DNA of 53,508 nt, filler included, from Sphacelaria rigidula (lineage: Eukaryota), in assembly GCA_964200075.2 (NCBI GenBank). It is 4 parts of 4 records of this genome, joined end to end, with 100 filler letters (N's around TTAATTAATTAA, not from the genome) between each part and the next. Parts side by side here need not be neighbours in the genome. Positions count along the whole stretch, not along the records: positions 1 to 13,305 come from CAXNAA020002980.1; positions 13,406 to 26,709 come from CAXNAA020002981.1; 2 more parts are not named here. One strand, given 5' to 3'. Shown here piece after piece: positions 12,444 through 24,338 of this stretch. Within the stretch, counting starts at the first letter, position 1. The number at the start of each line of letters is the position of its first letter. The notes beneath the pieces were generated by a model. That model was not told the DNA's origin. It ran no database searches and saw only the letters and a list, made by a program, of their open reading frames with translations. The position numbers and the translations under genes are program-made.

Positions 12444-12759
12444 CGGGCCGCAGATTTAAAAACGTGGGCTCTCGAATTAATAATGCAAATTTACAAAAAC
12501 GTGGGCTGTCGAATTAAAACATACGACGCGGGATCGGTCATCATAAAAGATGAAGATGGATAGTGATTTTGTCTTGTATAGGTTACAAGCACGGCGGGCT
12601 GTACTCGCGAGCACAGTAGGTAGCTGTGCTTTGCCAATACAGTACAGTAGTGTACCGTCTTCACTGTCGCGCCCTTGCACACGTGGAAGGACGTCACTCG
12701 GACTATAACGATATCGTCTGATATTTGCGTGGTGCGATGCGCCAAAGAAGTATCGTCGT

Positions 12760-13305
12760 CAATCTATGGCCCTTACTTTCTTTCCGTCCCTTCTTCTATC
12801 TGTATGCCGTTCTTGCTTTTCTTCATTGAGGGCGTCTGTCTCTTCTGTCCCTTCTCCATTCCATTCCAATATAAGAAAGGACATAGGAAAATTGGAGATG
12901 CGATGCGAAGCAGAGCAATCTATTCGAAACATACGCGAAGTTTGTACTATATGTTCCGAGGGAGGTCATGTGTAGGCATCGTTGGACGTCGGATGAGCTT
13001 GATGTATGACCGAATTATGGAAGGAAACAAAAACATTCGAAAGGGGGGGGCGTACTCAGTTGTTGCTTGCCTTAGTCGTTTGACCATTGACCCTGCATCC
13101 CTTTCGAAACGGAGCACCGTTTGTACTCCTAATAGAGATACCTCCAACATTCCTGTGCACCTTACGTTTCCTCCGTAGCTCATTTCGTTTCTCCCATACA
13201 TTACACGAAAAAGGTTTACATATCTTATCCCCGTCCTGTTTCACCGTCTCTGGCCACCATCTATCTCCTAGTATAGCCATTGTTTTCTCCCTACTATCTA
13301 ATGCA
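12760..13305 (-). mobile_element. LINE 3' end (ORF2 C-terminus plus 3' UTR), cut by the gap
   Basis: It encodes MAILGDRWWPETVKQDGDK...NVGGISIRS.NGAP.RKGC.VNGQ.TKASN and is homologous to 29150-29520, where the upstream CCHC-type segment is also preserved. The UTR boundary is approximate. Confidence 0.75.
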
Positions 13306-13405
13306 NNNNNNNNNNNNNNNNNNNNNNNNNNNNNNNNNNNNNNNNNNNNTTAATTAATTAANNNNNNNNNNNNNNNNNNNNNNNNNNNNNNNNNNNNNNN
13401 NNNNN
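13306..13405. other. Artificial assembly linker/gap
   Basis: 44 N + TTAATTAATTAA (stops in all six frames) + 44 N. The same structure occurs three times in the window. Confidence 0.97.
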
Positions 13406-13525
13406 CCTCAAACCCACGGCACGCCCCCCGGGGAGGGAGGGGGTAAAAGGGGAAAAAAAAAAGGGTTTCTGGTCCCCCCCCCCCCCCCCGTCCCATTCTT
13501 CCCTGACGCATGGTGCACTGGCCAG

Positions 13526-13738
13526 GTGGCGAAGGGGCTGAGTTCTCCGCTAGAGAGTGACGAAGCCACGCTACCCCTCAGAGAAGCCCACGCAATTTAC
13601 CGAGGCATGTCCTCTGCGAGTAATATTACGCATGATAGTGGGTCAATGGGCGATGAAGACGAACGCCACTCTCTTCGACTGTCAGCGGCATACACTGGCC
13701 TGCTGCTTGGTGTTGATGATTGTGATGGGGATGAGGAG
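13526..13738 (+). CDS. Penultimate exon of the TPR-like gene
   Basis: CAG|GTGGCG...GAGGAG|GTGGGT spans 213 nt, phase 0-0, and joins in frame to the exon at 15563 (VAKGLSSPLE...CDGDEE). Confidence 0.7.
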
Positions 13739-13805
13739 GTGGGTAGTACTCCCTGGGAGCTTAAACTATAGACCTGTCTGACCCCGTTCCCTGGATGGCG
13801 CCGCG

Positions 13806-14900
13806 TGCGTGTATTGCCATCCCATCTATTCTGGACGCACGCCAGTCTACACCTTTCTCTACAGGTGGGCGCATCAGCGGGGATCACACAGGAGGAAGGT
13901 TAACGCAGGAGTTTACTATTTTTGTTTTGTTTCAGCACTCTATGTTCCTTCTGCGTGGCTTGCCTTGCTTTTATCGCGAGAAAAGTTCAGCGATCCCTTT
14001 CCCTCGTCGACCGAGTAGAATTTCGTGTACCCACGACACGGCCGCTCTCCACTGTTGGGCATGATCGATTTTATTGATTGAATTGCTTGTCGCACTGTAG
14101 CTGACCCCAAGGGATCCAGCCGTGGTCGCATGATAGACGTATTCAGGACACAACAATACTGAAACACTCGCTGAAGAAAAAGAAGAAAAGGAAGAAACTG
14201 AAGAAAACGTAGAACAAAACGACATGGTAGACAAGGACGTACAAAACAAATAACAGAAACAAATAAGGAAAAGAAAATTAAGCACAGAAAGAAATGGCCG
14301 GTCAAAGGGCGCACGGCTTCAGCGTACAAGGTCTTGCGTAGAACCACGCTCGTACCCAGTCGTATGAAACAAAAGAACGTGGGAAGGAAACTGTTGCAGC
14401 TCATCTACGAAGAAACACAATGAAGCGAGGTACCACATTGCTCTGGCATTCACGGGCCGGAAATAACACGTATACAGAGAAATATGATGATAAGGGAAAA
14501 TAGGGAGGAGGGCTACAGAAGTGAAGCCAAAAACAGAACAAAAAAACAAAACAAATTCAGGGCAGCAGAGTAGAAACAGACACACACCAGGGAGCACCGC
14601 AAAGCCACCGACTAAGGACACAACCAACAACAAATATGGACAGACAAGATTCTTCGATTGGCGGCTCTCGACGCAGCAGCCTGTCGTTTGTGACGGCGGT
14701 CCGATTCTCGTTTGCCCGCGCGTCGCCACGCATTCTCTAACTCTTCCGCTCCTTTTTCGACTCCAATATGTGATGTGCCCATGTTCTTCGCCGCAGTATG
14801 TTGTGAAAAATGCCAGATCGTGTGACTTCACCGAGATTTGAACCCACTAACCAACCTTCAGAAGATTACAAGATTATCAACTGAGCGACCGGGGCGACCG
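13806..14900 (-). mobile_element. SINE family A copy split by a LINE insertion (parts 13806-14062 and 14798-14900)
   Basis: The 3' body at 13806-14062 and the tRNA-like head at 14798-14900 rejoin to a sequence colinear with the 4452-4842 copy. Confidence 0.8.
14063..14797 (-). mobile_element. 5'-truncated LINE (RTE-like) 3' end with (CAAT)n-like tail
   Basis: The - strand reads TAAKNMG...GVEKGAEELENAWRR...RRH (resembling an ORF2 C-terminus), then a pyrimidine-rich UTR, TGCGACCACGGCTGGATCC...CAATTCAATCAAT tail. There is a possible short TSD GCATG/GTATG. The clade assignment is from recall, not a search. Confidence 0.6.
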
Positions 14901-15562
14901 AGGCTGCGTGGAAAGTCATATTTGGTCGCACGTGTTTCGTAGATGTTTAGGAATGAAGAGGTAACCCCAAGTTATCGAAAATAAAAATATGCCCAGCAAA
15001 GTAAGTCTTACACAGGCACACAATTGATGCATAACGACACACGTTTTCACGTGCACTTTCGTGCGGTGGAGCGTCTATAGGTAGCGATGTTTTGCTGGAT
15101 ATAAGCACGAAGGCCATTCCAAGTGCTTGTTCACGGGCTCAAGCAACGTCCGAAAGTAACCTTTGTAAGCAACAATTTGGTCGATACCCCCCCCCCCCCG
15201 CACACGCACACGCACATGCACACGCCATGGCCGCCTCGGATTTGCTCATGAATCAACGACTCTTTGCTCTCACTTCACTGTAGTCCTTTAACGTCCATTG
15301 CCATGCCGTGTGCTCGTTTCCGAGTTTGACCACCCCTAACCCTATTCCCGTCCCTAGCTTCCACGGTTCTGTGGCCAAACTGCTACACCAACACCTGTCT
15401 GGGCTGATATTTGGGTCCACATCAATCCCCACCATAAGGTCTCCTGTTGGGTTTCACCATCGAAAATATAAGCAAGAGAACTGGCAAGATTGATGAGAAA
15501 TTGACTCTACCCTTACCCCAAGCATATTTTGTAACCCTCGTGTCGTCTTCCAACTTGTTTAG

Positions 15563-16135
15563 GTGAAGATTGATCGCCCACGCGGGGTTTCATCGGACGG
15601 GCTATTTTGCTCAGGGTTGATGGAAGCGCGTCAGCTGCTTAGCATGGCAGGATCCGAAACCACGCAGAGATACAGGGAGGCCTTGAAGAGTAATCCTATC
15701 ATGTTGACGACGTGGCGTGAGCTGTCCGCATGCTACGCTGCGTCAGGGATGCAGCAAGCGTCCCTGGCAGCTTTGGAGAGCGGCTCTATGGCTGCGTTGT
15801 CGTCGCTGTCGTCTCGTGATCCGCGAGCATCGGAGGAGAAGTACTCGTGTGCCGTAGCCTCGCCTTTGAGATTGCAGATGGCTGTACACTGTGTAAAGGT
15901 CGGACGGGCGGAGGAGGGTTTGGCGTTTGTTGGTGACGCGTTTCGGGCGGGTAAAGGGGGCGCCGCCGGACATGTGGTGCGCGGCTTCATTAATTTGAGC
16001 TTGGGCAATGACAGTTTGACTGTTCACGCGTTTAAGAAGGCGAAGGAGGTTGAGCCTGCCATTACTGGGATTTTGGAACGCCTCGCGTCTGCGTCCAATG
16101 CGCCGCAGGTCCCAGCAGCGCAGGATGCCTTTTGA
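15563..16135 (+). CDS. Terminal exon of a TPR-like alpha-helical repeat protein
   Basis: Acceptor TTCCAACTTGTTTAG| is followed by 190 open codons to TGA. TPR-like patterns include YREALKSNP...WRELSACYA and HVVRGFINLSLG....AFKKAKEVEP. Confidence 0.8.
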   Translation: MKIDRPRGVSSDGLFCSGLMEARQLLSMAGSETTQRYREALKSNPIMLTTWRELSACYAASGMQQASLAALESGSMAALSSLSSRDPRASEEKYSCAVASPLRLQMAVHCVKVGRAEEGLAFVGDAFRAGKGGAAGHVVRGFINLSLGNDSLTVHAFKKAKEVEPAITGILERLASASNAPQVPAAQDAF

Positions 16136-19099
16136 GTACCGGGGTGATGTTTCAGCGCGCCGTCTCATTGAAGTAAACGTGTTGCAGGCTGGGCGTGAGC
16201 AGCAATAGTAGTCCGAGGGGGCTGCTACTGCAAATGAGAGAAACAAGGGGTTGGATATACGAGTTGATATACGAGTTCGTGTTTTGGTGTGCATTGATTT
16301 GTGGTCGATAGGCTTTTGGGGATCTGTCGTGTTCTGGGTAGGCCGTTAGGTTTGCACTAAATGTGCTTCCAAGCGTTAGGGTATGTCGATCACTTCGGCA
16401 CACATCTTGAAGGCAGCGCATTCAGACCGGACAGGCGATCTGGCGGACGATGTGTGCGGCATCTTCATAAACGGTCCCAAGCAATAACCCTCCCAGACAA
16501 GACGAGACCTGAAGTCGAGTTGACAGTAGCAACAGTGATGCTGTCAACTGCTGGTGCAGTCGCAAAACGGAGTATATCACCATCACTGCTTTGACCAGAA
16601 GGGTTGACCATCTAGCTCTTGGTCATGTTTGGAGTGAAACTGATGCCCATTAGACTGACAAACTACCTTGGCGATTGAAGGGTTGTTGAAGAGAGAAGAA
16701 AATCACGAAACCGAGCAGATGCCAGACGTGCGACACGCACATTCGTTGCCAACTCTAACGACCTTCTGGTACCTCTGGGTATGCGTAAAGTTGCTGACCC
16801 TTGTTGCATGGATCGTGGCAAATGAAGAGATTTGCCGCCCGTGAACTTGGATACTCATGTACCGTCGATTCTCATAAGGCAGTGTCCTTTCATCCCTTTG
16901 CATATATTGCATGGGTTAATGCTGTGTCCAAAAAAGCTCGATTTACTTCTCTGCAGACACTCTTACACCATGACCACCACAATCAAGACACAAAGTGTTG
17001 CATCGGCATAGGTAGACTAAGATGGACACGTCGCCAGTCATAGGAGTTTAACGGCGTCCTCTTCGAGCACCAGTAGTTTGCCCAGGAACGGTGATGACCA
17101 AGGACACCGAAGTCCGAATATAGGACGACCTCTCTTCGCTGTTTGCTAAATATGCACGCATTTGCCTGCATTCGAGAGGCTGGGATTTCTTGATCAGGAC
17201 GCATGTGCAACCAATACATGCCGTTTCAACCCCTGAGTCGCCACTGTCGACGATCCATCCAGTCGGTATCTTTGTCACATCTATGAGTGAAAAAAACTAC
17301 CAATGCCCCCCCCTGGCCGTCAAAGGTTCAAGAGCCGCTGGTTTATGACATTCGAGGATCGCTTTTTCTTCAACAGAGGGTGAAAATATTCACGCACGAC
17401 AACCCCATGATCCTTCATACGGACTGGCTCCTCATGAACTCTGAGCGGGATTGGTGACAAGAGTCGTTTCGTATTAACCCTTTTGTAACTCGCGAAAGAC
17501 AGTGCAACCTATCATATGCGAGCTTTCGTCACTGGGAAAACATCACATTGAGATCGGTGCACGAATCTATCACATTAGTATACTTGAACTTCGAGTAGTG
17601 CACCGTTTTGGTGGTCTGCATCATCAATAGTTGCAGCAAAACAAACGTATCTTGCCCAGAGAACGTCAATTGTAAATCGCAAGTTTTTATCAACGGTTCC
17701 AAAAGATTGCAAGAATGGCGACTCGGATTGTGGACGTGCAAAGTATTGTAACCCCGCGCTAATACCGAGAGCAAAACACGCATGCTATACGAGTAGTCTA
17801 TTGGAGTGAACAGCCTTTTTCAGTGTAGTCCATAGTACAGATCAACCACTGCACAGAGATACCTGTCTCCACGGGTTTTGACAGTTTCATGCGGAGGGGT
17901 TTGATACCGTAGTAGGCGTATGCCTTGTACTCACGTACGCAATGTTTGGTTGGGGGGCTCCGCTTACCGCGGTGTAGGGTAGCTACACCAATTCACTTCT
18001 TTCTCTTCCTTCTTTTCCTTCCTTGACTTGCTTAGTCAAGCTATGCAATAATACTCTTCTACAACAACATGATCGGCTCAGACGTGTCCTTCGATCAACT
18101 TCATCGGTCGTGGCCAGCTGTTCCTGTGAACGGATCACGCATCAAGGAACACTCTAGAGGGTCCATTTGATTTGCCACCGGCTTGTGATCCAAACATTCG
18201 ACCAAGATGGCAGGACCAAGGGACACGGTCATACCCCCAACAGCGACCGGGGACGACGCGGACTCTAGAGGTAGTTTGTGTAAAGCAAAGGCAGCGATGT
18301 CCCGATTTGTGCACGGGGTACTGCCCTCGGGCGGGGAGAAAAAGTCAGGTGGCGAGACGCACCTTACCACGCGCTCGGGATTTGGGACGTCCCGGCGCAG
18401 CACGGTCGAAAGACCAGTTCAGGTCAGCCCTGGGGAGTGGGCTTTGTTCCTGAGCTATCCACTGCACCTGTGGGAGACGTGTTCTGCGAGAACGACGTCA
18501 CCATTCAGCTGCAACATTGTACAGGGGGCTCGCACCGTCTAGCTTGTGCGCGGAGAAGGGATAAAGAAGATTCATCGGGGGTACATGTCCCAAACGTGAG
18601 AACTACACCGAATGGAGTGGTGCCACGGGGATTCATTGATTTGCAAGGTGTTCTATTTCCCGGGACTACAGTACAGTATCCGCGCAGTGATGGTTTTGAT
18701 TTTGTGGGTGGAGCCAAACTGTTACGTGACAATCATGGGGACGAAACGTGATGGTGGCGGTAAGCGTGTCTGCAGCTGGTTATGATCAGTGTGTTCCAGA
18801 CGGATATGGTGATATGATTTGTGGCGCTGTAGTATGCTTTTCATGTTTCAACAGCAGTAGGGTGAGATGTCAGAGGATTTGAGCTGAAGCGACTGTTCGA
18901 CTGAAAAACCGCCGGGTGAGTTTACCCCATCTCGGTGGGACAAAGTTCCTCGAGAGGATAGTTGGTGCATTCCGTCCTGCGTTTTTTCGTGACGAAACAT
19001 CTGGGCCAACACGTGAAATTAGACGGAGAATTATGCGACGATGTATGATGGAAATAAAAAGAATGCCCGCAAGAACCTCACGTGCGTTGTGAAAGATGA

Positions 19100-19540
19100 G
19101 AGACTGTTAGGCTGATTATAGTAGGTGGATGGCCTTGGCTGGCTTTGAGACCTTTTTACAAGGATATACCGATCTCCACGTTAGTGAATTAATTGAACCT
19201 TCTATCATCCCTGAGACTGTAGGCTGATACTCCCTAGCTTGGTTGATTAGTGGGTAGGTATCTCGACTGCATGAAGTATTGCACGATCCACCCTCCCTTG
19301 GAGTCTAGGCTGAATTTCCCTAACTTGGCAGGTTGACGATGAAGTGTGCTTGTTGTCAGATCAGGTGGATGACCCGATTGCATGATTATCTCGGTATGTG
19401 ACCGACATTGGGATATTTTTAGAAGGACGTACCGTTCCCAACGTTAAAGTATGTCCGCTTTCCCTTGGAGGGTAGGTTGACGTTACCTAGCTTGGTTGGT
19501 TGACGGGTAGGTATCACGATTGCATAAAAGTATTGTGTTA
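19100..19540 (+). repeat. Degenerate local repeat cluster
   Basis: Units of the form GAG(A)CT(G)TAGGCTGA...CCTA(G/A)CTTGG...GGGTAGGTATC...GCAT(G/A)AAGTATTG recur at ~19100, 19213, 19301 and 19468. Confidence 0.6.
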
Positions 19541-22500
19541 TGGTATTTGAAGGGACTGGCGTCGATAAGGTACATATCTCGGAGTGAACCAACGTTTGGA
19601 TATGAATCTTGATCTGCCGTCGAGATATGTCAGCTTGTTGGAAGATCCAATTTGGTGTTCTGAAAAGTCGATGAGAGATACAGTATGGCTGACGTCTGCT
19701 GCACATCGAATGGTCATGTGCACCACAGGTAGTGTTCCCGGAACGTTCGTTGGATGGAGGATTTCTGCTCTTTGGTCGTTGTAGCATGATTAGATGCAGA
19801 TATAATTCCTGCCTAAGGTAGTCACTCGGCCGCCCCAAGCGCCCATGAACACTCTATTTTGGGCCCAGGGTATCATCAGCTTTGCCGCCGTTGCTGTGAG
19901 TTTCAAGTGAGTCCTTAACAGTGAGTTTTATAGTCGTGGGGAAACTACTGACTCTGGTTCGTGTTGTAAACTACAAGGAGATAATTTATTTCTTCAAACA
20001 GCTGAATTCAATTGCTACTACTGTGGTTGGATCTGTATTGATTTGCTGCATCCAGCGGCGCATTGCAACCTGGCACACACGGCTTGAGCCTCTGTTCGTG
20101 AGAACATAACAGGACAAAGGTGTACTGAGGCTGCCTTCTCCAAAGCGACTAGGCCTAAGTTCATAATACTTGGGGATTAGCTTATAGCGATCAAGCTCCT
20201 CTTGTGTGCTGCCTACTGAGTTGCAAGGTGCACTTCTGTGCTGCCCTGAGGGTATCTACTACATTTATTTTTCTGTGTGAGGGCCTTTTTTAAGCCCCAG
20301 GGCTCATTCTTCTTTTCTTTCCTCGTGCCGTTTCTGTACGCTGGTTTGGCCTGGGCTGCCGACTGCAGCAACAACGCTCGTAGTAATAGCGCACACCCTG
20401 TGCATTCTGCACTAAGCGTTTCCAGTTGTGTGCGCCGCCCTGTACAGGCCGTTGTCGTTATTGTACACCATATCGTTGCAAATACAAAGGTGTGCGCACC
20501 ATTGTTTTGTCCACTCCTTGCAGTATTGTTGCGATTACAATCATGACTCTGCCCCCCCCCCCCCCCCCCCTTTTCCCGACGCGCGCACCTTGCGCCGCAT
20601 TCGGCGAGATATCGCACGGGCACAACAGTTAGGAAACACTATCAGCCGTCATGAACGACGAGTTACTCTCGTGTACGATGTGCGATCTCAGGATGCAAGA
20701 GACAGTATTCCGCTCAATCCAACAGCGGAACCAGTTCCGCGTTCTGCGGTCAGCTCGAGTCTGCACGACAGTTTGTCAGAAGTAGGTCCCTCTCTGCATA
20801 CTAATTCCCAACAACTTCCCCCTCTTCACGTTCGCACACAGACATCACGTATTTGGATATTTTCACAGCTGTTCAACAGGAGCACACGGATACTCAAGAT
20901 GGACAAGTCATTTTGCAGTGCGGTGCGCTTGATCCTGCTGAACTTTACAGCACGGCCTCCTTCGATGACACCAGCCGGTCAGCCCCGGATACACTATCCA
21001 TCTGGTCCTCCTCCACAGTTTTCCATACAGGTTTTGGATATCATTGGAGCTGTGTCAAGTGTACTCTCGTTTCACACCCGAGTACCACATCGCTAGATCG
21101 AGCACCCCGTTTCAGATATAGCTACTAGTGTGTCGTATCGACTGCATTACTAGCTGTGCCTATGTGCGTATCTTGCGCGTGCGTGTACAGCAGTCAGTCG
21201 CAGTTGTTGGCACTACGCATTTTTTACTTTTTCCCACCTGCGGGTGTGCTACATTACAGCCACGCGTATTTTTTCTTCTCCTCTGGAGCTCCTTCCTCTA
21301 CACACGTTCGCCCTTGGCTGCCGTCGGCACAAGTAACGATCGCAGCATCAGCGTGCACCGCTGCGCTCACTATTGTATAAAGTGTGCTCCGGCTTCGTGG
21401 ATTATGTACAAGCTGCGATCGTTCCCTTGCTGTCTACCCCGTTTCCGGCGCAAAACACTACGTCTACAGTTGGTTTCAGGTCCGAACCAAGAAACCCCAA
21501 CCGGGCTGCGTCGAGGTTTGAGTGTACAGAGCAGCTGGGTGCATCACCGTTCACTGCACAACTTTGCTCACGGTGTGCACTTTACAACACTCCGACGTTT
21601 CATTTCTGTATCAGCACTGATCTTATTCCCTTTGCTTACAGTTCGTCGGCGCACGCCTGGATAACCCATTTGTGCAGCACAGAAACGCTTTCAGTGTTAT
21701 ACCCCAGTGTTCCCATCCACCCGTGCGGAGCAATATGTAGTACAGTTTGCTTGCTGTACACTATTTTGCATTATTGTTTTGTGATCCCCCGACACCAGAA
21801 TATCGCTTCACCCCGCTGATGGTTCGTGGTTGGAAGAACTCACCCTCCAACCACTACACCAAGAACGCCGAGGTTAGTTTGTGTACGGCACGTTTCAGCG
21901 GCAGCGAATCGATGCCGTGCTGATATATTTCTGTGCATTTTTTTTCGGTTCTGTGCAGTACTCTTTTGCTCCGTTCCTAGACTCTCTCATGAGAACATGC
22001 GAAGTAACTACACACTGTTGATTCCTGCTACCCATGTGTGCACGTTTTCGAACGATACGTTTCCGTAATAGGTGTGCACTGCTGTGTTGTGTCATGGGGT
22101 GGTAAATCGACACACGATCAGCCAACAGTAATGCATAACACCTTCGTATGGTGGCTGGTGCATGCCTTTCGCGAGTACAGCTACCTTCACCACAGCACAG
22201 GAGTACAGACGGACCAAATTGTTCCATCCGGTACTTCTCCCGTCAAGTTGTGTGTGTCAACTGGAAAGCACAGTGTATCTCATTTCCATGTGCCCACGCA
22301 TGATGCAGCCTTCGATCGGTAGCTGCGTTGCTTCCATGGACGATGCCCAGTACCGTGTATATATTTTGTTTTCTTGCGGCAGCGTTGAATACTTTACTTT
22401 TCGGCATCGCTGTCATCAAGTTTCATCTACTGGTGTCTCTGCCAGTATTTTTGAGCGGCCTATTTAGTTTGCCCGGCGAGTTCGCATAGCTCATGCCAGC

Positions 22501-22604
22501 GGTCGTGATCAAATCAACATCCTGGCCGAGACAACGGCGTTGTGGTTACGGGTGCTTCGGTCCCATGTACCCTTCAGTACTGAACTCTCTCTGAACTTAC
22601 TGTA

Positions 22605-23660
22605 GTGCGCAGGGTAACTTGGAACACTGCATCCCGTGCACGAACGGAAGAGTATGTTCTTTTTGTGCGTGTTCTAAATTACCCTGCATTGCGGTACACT
22701 AAATTGGAGTCGGGTTGTAGCCACAGTGCATTGCTGTCATGGTTCCGAAACGGTCCACCAACCCCGCACCACGAGCTGTTCAGCGATAGGCGTGTCTGTC
22801 TCCCATGCCCTCGATATCGTTTCTTCGCCGGAGTGTTTGATTTGATTGTCGCATGCATGTGATATGGCTGCAGTCGAGTGTCACATCTTCTCGAATATGT
22901 ACACGTGTTCGGGTTATTCGGCACTACAGTACATGAGTACTACGGTAACAACACCGTCTCCGAATCGGACCACCACCGATAGACAAATGTGGCCATCGCC
23001 AGTAGTTTGTAGCACTGCACGGTGTTTGGTCGCCTCTCTTCTGTTCTTGGAGTTCATCGCACGAGTATCGCCCTTCCGGTTGAGTACCACAAGTCACGTT
23101 CCCCGCGCAGCCCTCGTGTTGGAGCAACATTTCAGGTGCCGACCGAAGCTTTCGGGTCAATTCCGTCTAGCTCCACTTCACACAAGTGTTCAACACACAC
23201 ACAGCCGTTCAGCGGCAATACTATTTTCAACCCGCAGGCGTGCGCCCCGTCTCCCGGGTGTGTATTTTTTCACGTAGATTTTCGATACCACTACACCTTG
23301 AAGCATGCGTCACTTAGCCAAGCCTGTTGGGGATGTGTGGCCGCTTGTGTTTAGTAGTCTGTCCACGAAACATCTTCATCCCAATCACGAATTGCGCTTT
23401 CAAGCAGCGCATACAAGTTGTGTTGCTAGGATCGATATCCTGTTCGAGCCACTGGCTCTTCGGTTTGAAGTCTCCCAGTTTCCACACACAGTACACCAGC
23501 ATACAACTGCCCAGTTCTCCCACTTTTTTCGAGGGTGCAATTTGAGAGAAGGCGCCGGTGAAGTATGGGAAACTCGGTACTGACTGAAACCATCATGCGC
23601 ACGAACGCAGTCCGAACTAAACGCGTCGGATATCCTAGTGCATCACACCTCTCCACATAT
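22605..23660 (+). pseudogene. Decayed BAH-ELM2-SANT chromatin-regulator-like sequence (MTA/RERE/MIER-like motifs)
   Basis: BAH-like ALLSWFRN...HELFS (~22728-22784), ELM2-like PRVGATFQVP (23112-23141), and SANT-like FEGAI*EKAPVKYGK (~23528-23572) followed by IMRTNAVRTKRV / SDILVH. Stops and frameshifts are present. Manual matching only. Confidence 0.5.
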
Positions 23661-24338
23661 TCATCATACGGACGGGTGTTTTTGAATTCCGGGTTGTTCC
23701 CCCACGTGCCACAAGCTGTCTGTCAAGGCATGTATGCATACACTTCCTCGATATACCGCTCGAACTGTATCGAATTGTACATAAATTGTGTCCCCCAGCG
23801 TGACAAACATCCCTCCACCGCATGTGGGTAATGCAGTGGTATTTTGTTTTAAAACCATTACTACGGTATTTTAAAATCATCGAAGGATTGACATCAACGA
23901 ACTTGCATCGCGATGCTTCTCCGAAGTGAGGGCCACACAGGTTGTTTTGCTAAGGTTCCAAATGCCCTCACCAGCAGACCCACGTGCTCCCATACACACC
24001 AGACTGTACCAAGTACCATCGTAGCCAGCCAAGTACTCCACGCCCCGCGCACCACCAAAAACGCTGTTCTGACAACCCCGTGTACTACCCGACATTTTTT
24101 CACTAAAACCTGTCTGAAGCACGAAATGGTGGTCGCATGCCTTCACGACGACACCCGAAATCATGGTGCCAGTCTCCGTACTTGCTAACAGGCCCGATGC
24201 TTGATACACAAGAAAAAGAGAAGAAAAAACCATAGCCTGAGGGAAATTTTCCCTCAGCCTCGGGTGTATGTCTTGACTCAGGCACAGGGTAATGGTTTCA
24301 GATTTTTTATTGAAGAGCATCCAAGTTTTACTATAACT

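Noticed and set aside
15563..16135. Assigning the TPR-like gene to SKI3/TTC37
   Set aside because: Only generic TPR patterns are visible, which is not enough for a gene symbol.
20428..21096. 222-aa plus-strand ORF
   Set aside because: It runs through a poly-C tract, and I see no domain or convincing splice context.
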